A DNA stretch of 64,000 bases from an uncultured delta proteobacterium (GTDB taxonomy: Bacteria; Myxococcota_A; Polyangia; Fen-1088). The notes beneath the pieces were generated by a model. The model saw only the letters and a program-made list of their open reading frames with translations, searched no databases and was not told the origin of the DNA. The DNA lies in assembly GCA_963767925.1 (NCBI GenBank), contig CAVYGB010000010.1:1568001-1632000 (forward strand), in the 5' to 3' direction. Positions within the stretch are counted from its first letter, which is position 1. Every line of letters begins with the position of its first letter. Positions 1 through 12,946 of the stretch are shown in pieces. The translations under genes were made by a program, and so were the position numbers.

Positions 1-163
1 CACCCTCTCCCCGCTCCCGCGGGGCGAGGGCGAACGAGCCAGGGAAAGCCAAGATCTCGGGCAAATCCGTCCCCTGATCGTCCGCTCGCAGAATGACAGC
101 AGCCCCCCACCGCCTGTTCGCCCTCGCCCCGCGGCAGCGGGGAGAGGGAGGGGTGAGGGGTCC
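1..163. repeat. REP-like inverted-repeat pair (CCCTCTCCCCGC...GCGGGGCGAGGGCGAAC family), left arm truncated by the window edge
   Basis: 1-35 is the near reverse complement of 116-150; the same unit recurs at 18517-18566. Confidence 0.75.
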
Positions 164-168
164 GGCTG

Positions 169-2086
<1,918 letters not shown>

Positions 2087-2103
2087 GATGGCTGTCCGTT
2101 CGG

Positions 2104-4515
2104 TCAGTTCAGCAGCTTGCCGTCCGGTTGCTGGTCCGGCACGTCGGGCTCGGGTCCACGGCGATGACCCGCACGATGCGCGTGCGCTTGGCGATCTGCC
2201 GGCCCTTGCCGCCCCGGCTCACCAGCTCGTCGGCGCCCCGGACCGACGGCGATCTTCTTGCCCCCCTCGGTCTCGGCCACCAGGATGGCGCCGCCGTTCC
2301 GCGCGCCAAGGCCGAAGCCGGCCACCTCGTCGTCCTTCTCCAGCTTGATGACGGTGACGCCGCGGCCCGGACCGGCCAGCTCGGAGACCTCGTCGGCCGC
2401 GCACAACACGGCGCGCCCGTGCACGGTGACCACGGCCAGGACGTCGCCTTGGCCGGGGCCACCTGCACGCCCACGATCTCGTCGCTCCTCGCCCACCTTG
2501 GCGAAGCGCCGCCCCGAGCGGGTCGACAGCTCCCGGTGGGGATCCAGGGAGAAGCGCAGGCCGAAGCCCCCCTTGGTGACGGCCAGGGCCAGCATGCCGG
2601 CCTTCTGAGCCCGCTCGGAGACGACCATCGCGCCCACCACCCGTTCTCCGTCCTTGAAGTTGAACAGCTTTTGCACCGGCTCTCCGTAGCCGGTGGAGGC
2701 CGGCACCTCGTGGACCCGCAGCACGTAGGCACGTCCCGAAGCTGGAGAAGACGGCCAGCGGCTCCTTGGTGGAGGCTCGCAGGGCGGTCAACACCACGTC
2801 GCCATCGCGCAGGCGGGTGGCCGACAGGTCCTTGATCTCCCGCACCCGCTTGAGCCAGCCGTCTCGCGACAGGATCACCGTGACCTCCTCGTCGACGATG
2901 AAGTCCTCGGCCTCGAAGGCCACCTCCTCGCCCCCGCCGCCGCCGATCTTCGTGCGCCGCTTGTCGCCGAAGGTCTTGCCCAGCTCCTCGATCTCGCCGC
3001 GGATCACCTTCCAGAGCTTGCGCTTGTCCTTGAGGAGGCCCTCGATCTCCTTGGCCCGGGCCCGCTTGTCCTTGAGCTCCTCGAGGATGAGGTTGATCTC
3101 CAGCCGGGCCAGCTTGTAGAGCTTGAGCTCGAGGATGGCCTCGGTCTGCTCGGCGTCGAGCTTGAACCGCTTGATGATCTTGTCGGCGGCGTCGGCCTTG
3201 CCCTCGCGACTTGCGGATGATGCGGATGGTCTCGTCGAGGGCGTCGAAGATGATCCGGAAGCCCTCCAGGATGTGGATGCGCTTCTTCAGCTGGGCCAGC
3301 TCGAACTGGAAGCGGCGGGTGACCACCTCCAGCCGGAAGTTGAGGAACTCGTCGAGGATCGACTTGAGGTTCAGCCGCATGGGGCCCGCCACCTCGCGGT
3401 TCTCGGTGGGCACCAGGCAGGTCATGTTGACCGGGAAGCTCAGCTCGAGCGGGGTGTGCTTGTACAGGTAGGCCATCACCAGGTTGGGATCGGCCCCCGC
3501 CTTGAGCTCGAGCACGACCCGCACCTCGGCGGTGGACTCGTCGCGCACGTCGGTCAGCATCGGCAACTTCTTGGCCAGGATCACCTCGGCGATCTTCTCG
3601 ACCAGGGTCGACTTGGTGACGTTGTAGGGGATGGAGGTGATGACGAGCTGCTGCCCGCCCCGCTTGTGCTCCTCGGTCTTCCACTCGCCCCGGATGCGGA
3701 TCGAGCCGTGCCCGGTCTCGTAGATGTCGCGCAGCTCCTTCTTGGAGTTGATGACCACGCGCCGCCGTGGGAAAGTCGGGACCCTTGATGAACTTGAGGA
3801 GGTCCTTGACCTCGAGGCTGCGGTCGTCGATCAGCGCCACCGCCGCCTCGCACAGCTCGCTCAGGTTGTGGGGCGGGATGTTGGTGGCCATGCCCACCGC
3901 GATGCCCGCGCAGCCGTTGGCCAGCAGCTGCGGCAGCTTGGCCGGCAGCACGATCGGCTCTTCCTGCGAGCCGTCGTAGTTGGGCCGGAAGTCGACCGTG
4001 CCCTCGTCGATCTCGTCGAGGAGCTGCATGGCCAGCTTCTGCAGCCGGGCCTCGGTGTAACGCATGGCCGCCGGGGCGTCGCCGTCGAGCGAGCCGAAGT
4101 TGCCGTGTCCCTCGATCAGCGGGTAGCGGAGGGAGAAGTCCTGGGCCATGCGCACGAGGGCGTCGTAGGCCGCGGTGTCCCCGTGCGGGTGATACTTGCC
4201 CAGCACGTCCCCCACGATGGCCGCGCACTTGCGGAAGCGCTGGTCGGGGTAGAGGTGCAGGTTGTGATACATGGCGTACAGGATCCGCCGCTGCACCGGC
4301 TTGAGCCCGTCGCGCACGTCGGGCAGGGCCCGCGCCGTGATGACGCTGACCGCGTAGTTGAGGTAACGACGCTGGGCCTCCTCCATGAGGTTGGTGTCCG
4401 TCGGTTCCAACGGACCACCGCCGCCTCCTCCGTCGCCGTCGCCGCCACCCCGGCCCTTGCCGCCACCTCCCCCCTTGCCTCGGCGGGAAGATGAATCGAG
4501 CTGCTTTGACGCCAT
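2104..4515 (-). CDS. parC: Type II topoisomerase subunit A (ParC/GyrA family), frameshifted in this sequence
   Basis: [29 protein letters not shown] (catalytic Tyr), [15 protein letters not shown]-terminal pinwheel repeats; no GyrA-box seen. Confidence 0.85.
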
Positions 4516-5039
4516 GAAAAAATCAGGGGATCTAGCCGCCTTCCGGGCTGATCCCTCGCTGCACCCTACGAGACGCCTGAAAGCAGGTCAAGAAACGACG
4601 CGCGGTCGGCCGCCCCCGGACAGCGACGCACCCACCTTGCTCTTGGTTCTTCGGGTGGTTCGGTGCGAGAGGCCAAGGAGGCCAAGATGGCGACAAAGAT
4701 GGGGACCAAAATGGAGACGATGCCGGCGACGAAGAAGACGAAAAAGGTGCTCGAGGGGCCACCCTGGTGTGGCCACGTGGATCCGGAGGAGGCCTATTTT
4801 CGGGGGCAGGCCGGCTCGATGGGTAGCGGCCTGCTGGGCGGCTGGGGGTACGCCACCGCCGGCGGCGCCTTCGTGGGCCCGGGCCCGCGCGAGCAGGAGG
4901 TGAAAGACGCGCTCGCCGAGATCAGCGCGGCGCCGCCGCCGCCACCGCCCGCCGAGACGCCCGGCCGGACCCGCCCCCCCGCGGGGCGACGCCACCGCGA
5001 GGCCCGCGTGCAGCCCCTGCGCCCGCACACCCGGTAACG

Positions 5040-5352
5040 ACTCAACGTCCGGCCTGACCTGCACCCGGCCGGGCATCCGCGCGGCCGACAAGATCGGCGT
5101 GACCGGCTTCTGCTTCGGGGGCGGCACACCTATCGGGCCACCGCCACCAGCCCCGAGATCGCCAACAACAACGTGAACGCGACGACCGACCAGCTCGTGG
5201 CGGCGCTCGCCGGCAAGACCTACAAGCTCGAGAGCCACCCCGGCACCAACCACGCCTTCAACAACGACACCGGGGCCAACTACAACGAGCCGGCCGCCCT
5301 GCGCGCCTGGGGTCAAACCCTTGAATGGTTCGACACCCACCTGCGCCGCTGA
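5040..5352 (+). pseudogene. Dienelactone hydrolase family remnant
   Basis: DKIGVTGFCFGGG nucleophile motif and C-terminal HPGTNHAFNNDTGANYNEPAALRAWGQTLEWF; internal segment and N-terminus missing, frame broken. Confidence 0.7.
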
Positions 5353-5418
5353 AGGCGGCCGCACGAAGCGGTTAAAAACCGGCCGGTCGCCGTCGCGCTC
5401 CCCTGACGCGGCGGCCGG

Positions 5419-6303
5419 TCAGCTCTGCAGGCGGCGGCGCTTGACCCAGGGCGGGGGCTTCTTCTCGCCCGCGTCGGGGTTCGACGGAGAGTAGTCGGTC
5501 CAGCGGTAGCTGGGCGGCGGCCGGACGTCGATGTGGACGAACCCGGTCAGCGGGTAGATGCCGATGCCCATGCCGCCCGAGTCGAGCGTCTCGACGAACT
5601 CCTTGAGGCGGCGGGCCGAGATGCCGTCGACCCGCACGTCGGCGGCCGAGGCCTTGTAATGGTAGCTCGACGTCTTGCGCTGGTTGCGGAAGCCGGAGAC
5701 GACGTCGATGCGCCGCTCGCCGAAGTGGTCGAACACGTGCGAGAGGATGGTCAGCAGGCGCGGCTCCATCACCCGCTCGGTGTCCGAGCGGCGGCAGCGG
5801 AGCATGTGCGAAGCCGCCCGCATGGATTCGATGTTGTACGAGCCGTCGACGTTGAAGATGTTGACCTTCAGCGACTCCTTCTCGATCGGGCGGTGCAGGT
5901 AGAGGTTCCCCGAGGGCGGGGGCGGCAGGCGCCGGCGCAGGCGGTCCTCCTTGACCACGTGGCCCTCGACGCGACGCTTGCCCTTGCCCCGGCGCTTGGT
6001 CCGGCTGGACTTCAGCAGCTCCTTGGCCGAGCTGGGCGGCTCCTCGTCGGTCGTGCCCTCGGGCATTCCTTCGGGCGAGTTGGGCGGCCGCTCGGGCTCC
6101 TCGATGCCCTCCGGCTCGGCCTCGTCGTCACTCTCGGGCTCGATCCCGGCCTCGATGACCGCGTCGACGCCCTCGGGCTCCGCGGCGACCGCGATGCCGA
6201 CCGCCAGTCCCACCACTCCGAGAGTCAATCCAGCGCGCCCCAGCAGGCGCCCGAACCCACGACGCGAGAGCATCTTTACTAAATAGTCGTCAGGGTGATC
6301 CAT
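5419..6303 (-). CDS. DUF882/YcbK-like peptidase M15 family protein
   Basis: N-terminal TM/signal; LLTILSHVFDHF, VVSGFR, SYHYKASAAD, GIGIYP, FVHIDVR motifs. Confidence 0.8.
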   Translation of the reverse strand: MDHPDDYLVKMLSRRGFGRLLGRAGLTLGVVGLAVGIAVAAEPEGVDAVIEAGIEPESDDEAEPEGIEEPERPPNSPEGMPEGTTDEEPPSSAKELLKSSRTKRRGKGKRRVEGHVVKEDRLRRRLPPPPSGNLYLHRPIEKESLKVNIFNVDGSYNIESMRAASHMLRCRRSDTERVMEPRLLTILSHVFDHFGERRIDVVSGFRNQRKTSSYHYKASAADVRVDGISARRLKEFVETLDSGGMGIGIYPLTGFVHIDVRPPPSYRWTDYSPSNPDAGEKKPPPWVKRRRLQS

Positions 6304-6398
6304 TTAGTCAACTTCGGCGCCCGTGATCTTTTACCGATATCTCGCAGCTAGACCCACAAATCAGGGGCGGCGCTCGCCCCTTTACCGTCACCCGAGCC

Positions 6399-6845
6399 TC
6401 AGGTACCCGAAGTAGCTGCCTTCGGTAAGTGTAGCAGATCGATCCCCAGCCTCTCGGCGACCTGGAAGATGCGATCGTCCCGGTAGAACTCGCCGTACAC
6501 GATGCGGCGCAGGCCCGCGTTCGCGATCTGCTTGAAACAATTCCAGCAGGGGCTGGCGGTGATGTAGATGGTCGCGCCGTCGATCACGACGCCGTTCTTC
6601 GCCGCCTGCAAGATGGCGTTGCTCTCGGCGTGGATGGTCGCGATGCAGTGATCGTTCTCCATCATGTGCCCCACGTCGGTGCAGTGGGGCATGCCGCGGA
6701 TCGACCCGTTGTAGCCGGTCGACAGGATGGTCCGCTCGCGCACGATGACCGACCCCACGAACTTGCGCGGGCAGGTCGAGCGGGAGGCCACCACCGCGGC
6801 GATGTTCATGAAATATTCGTCCCAGGACGCCCGCGCGTCTGACAT
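6399..6845 (-). CDS. dCMP deaminase (ComEB-like)
   Basis: SWDEYFM, RSTC, TGYNG, HAESNA, SPCWNC zinc motifs. Confidence 0.92.
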   Translation of the reverse strand: MSDARASWDEYFMNIAAVVASRSTCPRKFVGSVIVRERTILSTGYNGSIRGMPHCTDVGHMMENDHCIATIHAESNAILQAAKNGVVIDGATIYITASPCWNCFKQIANAGLRRIVYGEFYRDDRIFQVAERLGIDLLHLPKAATSGT

Positions 6846-6944
6846 CCCCTACGTCTACCAGAACCGGCCCCCTCGGGGCACGCGGCGCGGCCTCCCATCC
6901 TGCGACGCGCGCAGGAACCCTCTTCTGCTAGTATCCGCGCTTCC

Positions 6945-9852
6945 TTGGACTGGAAATCCACGCTCTGCCTGCCCAAAACCGAATTCCCCATGCGGGCCGA
7001 CCTCGCCCGCCGCGAGCCGCAATGGCTGGCCCGCTGGGAGCAGGAGGGGGCCTATCCGAAGACCCTCGCCGCCCGTGAGGCCGCCGGCGCGCCCCCCTTC
7101 GTCCTGCACGACGGGCCGCCCTATCCCACCGGCGCCATCCACTACGGCACGCTGCTCAACAAGGTCCTCAAGGACATGGTTGTGCGCTCGCAGCTCCTGC
7201 TGGGGCGGGCGGCCCGCTTCGTGCCAGGCTGGGACTGCCACGGCCTGCCCATCGAGCAGCAGGTCGAGCAGCAGGTCGGCTCCCGGGACGCGCTCAGCAT
7301 CGAGGACTTCCGCAAGCGCTGCCAGGCCCACGCCCTCAAGTTCGTCGACGTCATGCGCAGCGAGTTCAAGCGCCTCGGCTGCCTGGGCCTGTGGGACGAG
7401 CCCTACCTGACCCTGTCGCAGGACTACGAGGCGACGATCGTTCGCCAGCTCGGCAAGTTCGCCCGCGCCGGCATGCTTTACCGGGCCAAGCGGCCGGTCC
7501 ACTGGTGCGTGACCCACCAGACCGCCCTGGCCGAGGCGGAGGTGGAATACGCCGAGCACACCTCCCCCTCGATCTACGTCCGCTTCCCGGTCGAGCCGGG
7601 GCAGCCCGCCGTCGAGGCGATCTTCGGCAAGGCCAGCGTGGCGCTGGTCATCTGGACCACCACCCCCTGGACGCTCGCCGCCAACCTGGCGGTGGTGGCC
7701 AACCCGGAGCTCGACTACGTCGGCATCCCCCTGGCCGCCGCCGGCGGGACCGAATACCTCGTGGTGGCCCGGGGCCGGGCCGAGCCTTTCCTCGCGGCCT
7801 GCGGTCTGACGGCGCCCCCACCCGAGCAGTGGATCCCGATCGCGGGCGAACGGCTGGCCAGCCTGAAGGGCCTCCGCTACCGCCACCCCTTCGTGGAGCA
7901 GCCGCGGCGGGAGCGCGACTTCCGCCTGTATTTCGCCCGCCACGCCACCCTCGAGGCCGGCACCGGCCTGGTGCACACGGCCCCCGGCCACGGCGCCGAG
8001 GACTACGTGCTGGCCGGCCAGGAGGGCCTCGAGGTCTACGCCCCCGTCGACGGGCAGGGCCGCTACACCCGCGAGGTCCCCCTCTGGGCAGGCCTGGGCG
8101 TGTTCGAGGCCAACCCCAAGGTCGTCGAGCTGCTGGCCCGCACCGGCTACCTGCTCAACCGCCCGGGCGAGTCGATCCGTCACCAGTACCCCCACTGCTG
8201 GCGCTGCAAGAGCGCGGTCCTGTTCCGCGCCACAACCCAGTGGTTCGCCCGGCTGGGCGAGGCCGACGATCCCCGCAGCCTGCGGGCGGGGGCCCTGGCC
8301 GAGATCGACCGCACCACCTGGATCCCGGCCTGGGGCCGCGATCGCATCCGGGGCATGATCGAGGTGCGGCCCGACTGGTGCCTGTCGCGCCAGCGTGTCT
8401 GGGGCGTGCCCATCCCCGCCTTCCGCTGCGGAAGCTGCCCCGATCCGGACAACGCGCACATCGTGCCCGCCGCCCTCGATCGGGTGGCCGACCGCTTCGC
8501 CGCCCAGGGCTCGAACGCCTGGTACACCCTCCCGCTGGCCGAGCTGCTGCCCCCCGGCACCACCTGCCCCGACTGCGGCGGCAGCGATCTGCACAAGACC
8601 AGCGACATCGTCGACGTCTGGTTCGAGTCGGGCGTCTCCTGGGCGGCCGTCGCCGAGGGCAAGCTGGTGCCCGCCGGCGAGAAGGTCGACCTTTACCTGG
8701 AGGGCGCCGACCAGCACCGCGGCTGGTTCCACTCCTCGCTGCTCACCGCGGTGGCCTCCCGGGGCAGCGCCCCCTACAAGGCGGTGCTCACCCACGGCTG
8801 GGTGCTCGACGAGCGAGGCAAGGCCTACTCCAAGTCGGAGATCGCCGCCGCCCGCAAGGCGGGGGCCAAGATCGACTACATCGACCCGGCCGAGTGGATC
8901 GCCAAGAACGGCGCCGAGCTGCTGCGCCTGTGGACCGCCAGCGGCGACTACCAGTCCGACATCGTGTTCGGCAAGGCGATCCTCGATCAGCTCTCCGAGT
9001 CGTACCGGAAGATCCGCAACACCTGCCGCTACCTGCTGTCGAACCTGTACGACTTCGTGCCCGAGCGCGACGCCCTGCCCGACGACCAGCTCCGCGAGCT
9101 GGACCTGCTGGCCCTGGGCCTGCTGCGCGAGCGCGACCACCTGGTTGTCGAGGCCTACCGCCGCTTCAGCTTCCACGACGTCGTGCGCATGCTCGTCGAA
9201 TACGTGGTCACGGTCTCGGCCGAATACCTCGACCCGGTCAAGGACGCCCTCTACTGCGAGGCGCCCGGCTCGCCCGTGCGGCGCAGCGTCCAGACCGCCC
9301 TGCACGAGATGGTGCGCACCCTGGCCACCTGGATGGCGCCGGTGCTGGTCTTCACCGCCCAGGACGTCGCCGACGAGCTCGGCAAGATCACGGGCGAGCC
9401 GTTCGACGTCCACGGCCAGGTCCACGCCGACCAGGTGCCGCCGGGCAAGGAGCTCAAGAACCCCAACAAGCGCTGGAACGACGAGATTCGCCCGCGCCGC
9501 CAGGCGATCTTGCGGCCCCTCGAGGCCTTCCGGGCCGCCGGGCACAAGTCGCTCGAGGCGCGGGTCGAGATCACGCCCGCCGCCGCCGAGCGGCCCCACT
9601 GGCAGTGGAATCTGCCCCACCTGCTCGAGCTGTGTGTCGTCTCGCAGATCGACCTGTCGGCGGAGGACGCCCCCGGCGAGACGCGAGATCCGCGTGCTAG
9701 AGGCCACCGGCCCGGAGTGCGCGCGCTGCTGGCGACGCACCGGGGGGGACCTGGTCACGGTGGGGGACTCCCCGCTTTGCCAGCGCTGCGCCGGGGTGGT
9801 GGGGGAGCGGCCGCCGGGCCAAGCCAACTTGCAAGGAGCCAAGTCTGCATGA
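6945..9852 (+). CDS. ileS: Isoleucine--tRNA ligase (frameshift near 9690)
   Basis: LPKTEFPMRA, HDGPPY, PGWDCHGLPIE, WTTTPWTL, GTGLVHTAPGHG, DWCLSRQRVWG, EGADQHRGWF; C-terminal CARCWR..CQRC zinc finger lies in the shifted frame. Confidence 0.95.
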
Positions 9853-10377
9853 CGCCTGAGCGCCGCAAATACGTCGTGTTCGGGGTGGTGGCCGCGCTGG
9901 CCATCCTCTTCGATCAGTGGACGAAGATCCTGGCCCGCCAGCACCTGCCCGCAGCTCGGCTACGCCGGCCGCAAGGTCATCGACGGCATCTTCACCCTCC
10001 GCTACTCGGAGAACACCGGGGTCGCCTTCGGCATGCTGCAGTCCCTGACCGGGGGGCGCATCATCCTCACCCTGGTGGCCCTCGCCGCCTTCGCCCTCGT
10101 CCTTTACTACCTGTACAAGAGCGACCCGCAGCAGCGCCGCTTCCAGATCGCGCTCGGCATGGTGGGCGGAGGGGCCATCGGCAACCTCATCGACCGCGTC
10201 GTCCTCGGCGGGGTCACCGACTTCCTGGTGTTCGACCTGGGCTTCTGGCCGTTCAACCCCTGGCCGGCCTTCAACATCGCCGACGCCGCCCTGGTGGTGG
10301 GCGTGGCGCTGATGGCCATCGACATGGCCCGCCCCCCGCGCAGCGAGCCCTCCGCCAGCCCCGCCAAGGGGAGCTGA
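9849..10377 (+). CDS. lspA: Signal peptidase II, copy 1 (frameshift near 9950)
   Basis: DQWTK, ENTGVAFG, GNLIDR, VTDF, PAFNIAD; ATGA overlap with the ileS stop. Confidence 0.9.
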
Positions 10378-10384
10378 GGCCGCC

Positions 10385-10939
10385 TTGGCGATCCGCGTGC
10401 TCCCCTTGCTGGCGGGTCTGCTGCTGGCCGGGTCGCTCCTCGCCAGCGACGTGGCCAGCAAGAGCTGGGCAGAGTCGGAGCTGCGCCGGCGGGGGTCCAA
10501 GAGCCTGCTGGGCGGCCGCCTGCTGCTGCGCTACCAGACCAACAGCGGCATCGCCTTCGGCCTCTTCCAGAAGAGCCTGAGCCCCTACAAGCGCCCCTTC
10601 CTGATCGCCTACTCCTCGCTGGTCACCGTCGGGCTGGCCGCCTTCCTCACCGCCCGGCTGGTGCGCCGCCCGCGCGACGGCTGGATGTTGCCGGCCGGGC
10701 TCGCCTGCCTGCTGGCGGGGGCCTCGGGCAACCTCCTCGACCGCATCACCCGGGGGGCGGTCATCGACTTCATCGACGTGCAGGTCTGGGGCCGGGCCCG
10801 CTGGCCCGCCTTCAACCTCGCCGACGTCTACCTCAGCGTGGGCCTGGTCCTGTGTGCGGTGGTGCTGATGCGCCGCCGGCCGGCCCAGGTGGGCAGCGAC
10901 GAGACCGCCAGCGACGAGACGGCGGGCAGCCCCCGATGA
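10385..10939 (+). CDS. lspA: Signal peptidase II, copy 2
   Basis: DVASK, NSGIAFG, GNLLDR, VIDFID, WPAFNLAD. Confidence 0.88.
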   Translation: MAIRVLPLLAGLLLAGSLLASDVASKSWAESELRRRGSKSLLGGRLLLRYQTNSGIAFGLFQKSLSPYKRPFLIAYSSLVTVGLAAFLTARLVRRPRDGWMLPAGLACLLAGASGNLLDRITRGAVIDFIDVQVWGRARWPAFNLADVYLSVGLVLCAVVLMRRRPAQVGSDETASDETAGSPR

Positions 10940-11910
10940 GGCCCATCCTCTACGACTTCGGGATCGACCTCCCCCTGCTGGGCCCCCTCAACTTCCCGGC
11001 CTACTTCACCATGCTCGCCCTCAGCTTCGGGCTGGGCATGTGGATGACCTGGCGGGAAGCGCCCCGGCTCGGCATGGACCGGGAGCGGGTCCTCGACCTC
11101 ACCTTGTGGATGGTTGTCTGGGGCGTGCTGGGGGCGCGTGTGCTGCACGTGATCGCCGACGGTCACTTCTGGGACTACGTGCACCTGTGCACCGACCCCT
11201 CCCTGGTGCCGGCCACCGAGGCCAAGGTCCGCTTCTGCCGGGCCAGCGCCGAGTGCGGCTGGGACTACGTCTGCAACACCGCCACCAACACCTGCCACCC
11301 GCCCCGCGACTGCCTGGCGGCCATCAAGGTCTGGCGGGGCGGCCTGGCCTATTACGGCGGGTTCCTCTTCGCCACCGGCTTCGGTCTGTATTACGCCCGC
11401 AAGCACGCCCTGGGGATGTGGAAGATGGCCGACCTGGCGGCCCCCTGGATCGCCTTCGGGCTGGCCATCACCCGCCTGGGCTGTTTCCTCAACGGCTGCT
11501 GCTTCGGCAAGGTCTCCAGCCTGCCCTGGGCGGTGCGCTTCCCGCCCAACCGGGCCCTCGAGGAGGCCCAGGTCCGGGCCGGCCTCATCACGGCCGGCTC
11601 GCCCACCTTGCCGGTCCACCCCACCCAGATCTACCTCGCCGCTCTCAACCTGCTGACCTTCTTCCTGCTCTACTTCGTGCTGCGCGGGCGCAAGCGGTTC
11701 CACGGCCAGCTGTTCGGCTGGCTGCTGATCCTGAAGGGCGTGTTCCGCTCGCTGGTCGAGGTGTGGCGCGACGACGAGCGGGGGGTCCTGTTCGGCTGGC
11801 TCTCGACCTCGCAGATCCTCTCGCTGCCGCTGATCGCCCTCGGCGTCTGGCTGCTGCTCCGGCGCGGCCGGCTGCCCGGTGCCCTGGGGGCCGAGCCCGC
11901 CGGGCGATGA
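10936..11910 (+). CDS. lgt: Prolipoprotein diacylglyceryl transferase, copy 1, with Cys-rich loop
   Basis: MRPIL, GAR, WRGGLAYYGG, RLGCFLNGCCFG, HPTQIY, RSLVEVWR, STSQ. Confidence 0.88.
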   Translation: MRPILYDFGIDLPLLGPLNFPAYFTMLALSFGLGMWMTWREAPRLGMDRERVLDLTLWMVVWGVLGARVLHVIADGHFWDYVHLCTDPSLVPATEAKVRFCRASAECGWDYVCNTATNTCHPPRDCLAAIKVWRGGLAYYGGFLFATGFGLYYARKHALGMWKMADLAAPWIAFGLAITRLGCFLNGCCFGKVSSLPWAVRFPPNRALEEAQVRAGLITAGSPTLPVHPTQIYLAALNLLTFFLLYFVLRGRKRFHGQLFGWLLILKGVFRSLVEVWRDDERGVLFGWLSTSQILSLPLIALGVWLLLRRGRLPGALGAEPAGR

Positions 11911-12800
11911 AGCCGGTCCTGCTCGAGCTCCGGCTGGGCGACGCCGCGGTCGCCCTGCCGAGCTACGGAGCGGCGGTGATGCTGGGCTTCGCGCTGGCCA
12001 CCTGGCTGGCGGTCCGCCGGGCCGGGCAGGTCGGGCTGCCCCGGAGCGAGGTCGTCGACCTGGCCTTCTGGCTGCTGGTAGCGGGGGTGGCCGGCTCGCG
12101 GCTGCTGTTCGTCCTGCTCAACGCCGGCGACTTCGCCCGCCTGTGCGCGTCGGGCGATTGCCTGGCCTCTCTCGAGGTGTGGGACGGTGGCCTCGTCTTC
12201 TTCGGAGGGGGGCTGGCGGCCGCGCTGGTGGCGGCCCGCTTCGTGCGCCGCCGCCGCTGGTCCTTCGCGGTTGTCGCCGACCTGCTCGCGCCCGCGCTGG
12301 CCCTGGGGCATGCCGTCGGACGGCTGGGCTGTTTCCTGGCCGGCTGTTGCTTCGGCAAGGCCTGCCCCGCCGCGGGCCTGCCCTGCGTGTCGTTTCCACC
12401 CGCCAGCGTCGCCCATGCGCACCTCGCGGCCGGCGGCGGGATCGGCCCGGGCGGGGACGCCACCGCCCCCCTGCACCCGACGCAGCTCTACGAGTCGGCC
12501 GCCCTCCTGGCCATCTTCTTCCTGATCCTCCTGTGGCGGCGCCGGCAGCGGTTCCACGGCCAGCTCTTCCTGATCTACCTGCTGGCCTATGGCCTCGTGC
12601 GGTTCGTCCTGGAGCTGTTCCGGGGGGACGTCACCCGGCGTTTCCTGCTCTCCCTGCCGGCGCCCGGCCTGGCCCGCGCCCTGGGCCTGCCCCCCGGCGA
12701 CCCGCTCCTGCTGTCGACCTCCCAGGCGCTGGGGCTGGCCCTCGCCCTTTTCGCCGCCGTCCTGCTCGTCGCCAGGACGCGCCGGGCGTCGAGCGGCTAG
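11907..12800 (+). CDS. lgt: Prolipoprotein diacylglyceryl transferase, copy 2
   Basis: MKPVL, SYG, GSR, WDGGLVFFGG, GRLGCFLAGCCFG, HPTQLYE, RFVLELFR, STSQ. Confidence 0.86.
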   Translation: MKPVLLELRLGDAAVALPSYGAAVMLGFALATWLAVRRAGQVGLPRSEVVDLAFWLLVAGVAGSRLLFVLLNAGDFARLCASGDCLASLEVWDGGLVFFGGGLAAALVAARFVRRRRWSFAVVADLLAPALALGHAVGRLGCFLAGCCFGKACPAAGLPCVSFPPASVAHAHLAAGGGIGPGGDATAPLHPTQLYESAALLAIFFLILLWRRRQRFHGQLFLIYLLAYGLVRFVLELFRGDVTRRFLLSLPAPGLARALGLPPGDPLLLSTSQALGLALALFAAVLLVARTRRASSG

Positions 12801-12898
12801 ACTAGACGCCGTCGTGCCTTTTTGTCCCATGCCCCCGCGGCCGCTCGCCAGCCGGTCAGCCCGGCCCGGCCGGCAAGGCCGGTTCCGCCGCGCCCTGA

Positions 12899-12915
12899 AC
12901 GGCACCGGGCTTGCA
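12899..12915 (+). promoter_or_regulatory. Putative sigma-54 (-24/-12) promoter
   Basis: CGGCAC-CGGGC-TTGCA with the canonical GG-N10-GC spacing, ~30 nt before the next start codon. Confidence 0.6.
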
Positions 12916-12946
12916 CCATAGGGCGTAGCTGTTGATGGGGTATTCG

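Noticed and set aside
6855..9944. Long antisense or alternative-frame ORFs (e.g. 6855-9944, 38937-41093, 42151-44694, 57605-60592)
   Set aside because: Shadow ORFs expected at very high GC opposite well-supported genes; no recognisable motifs.
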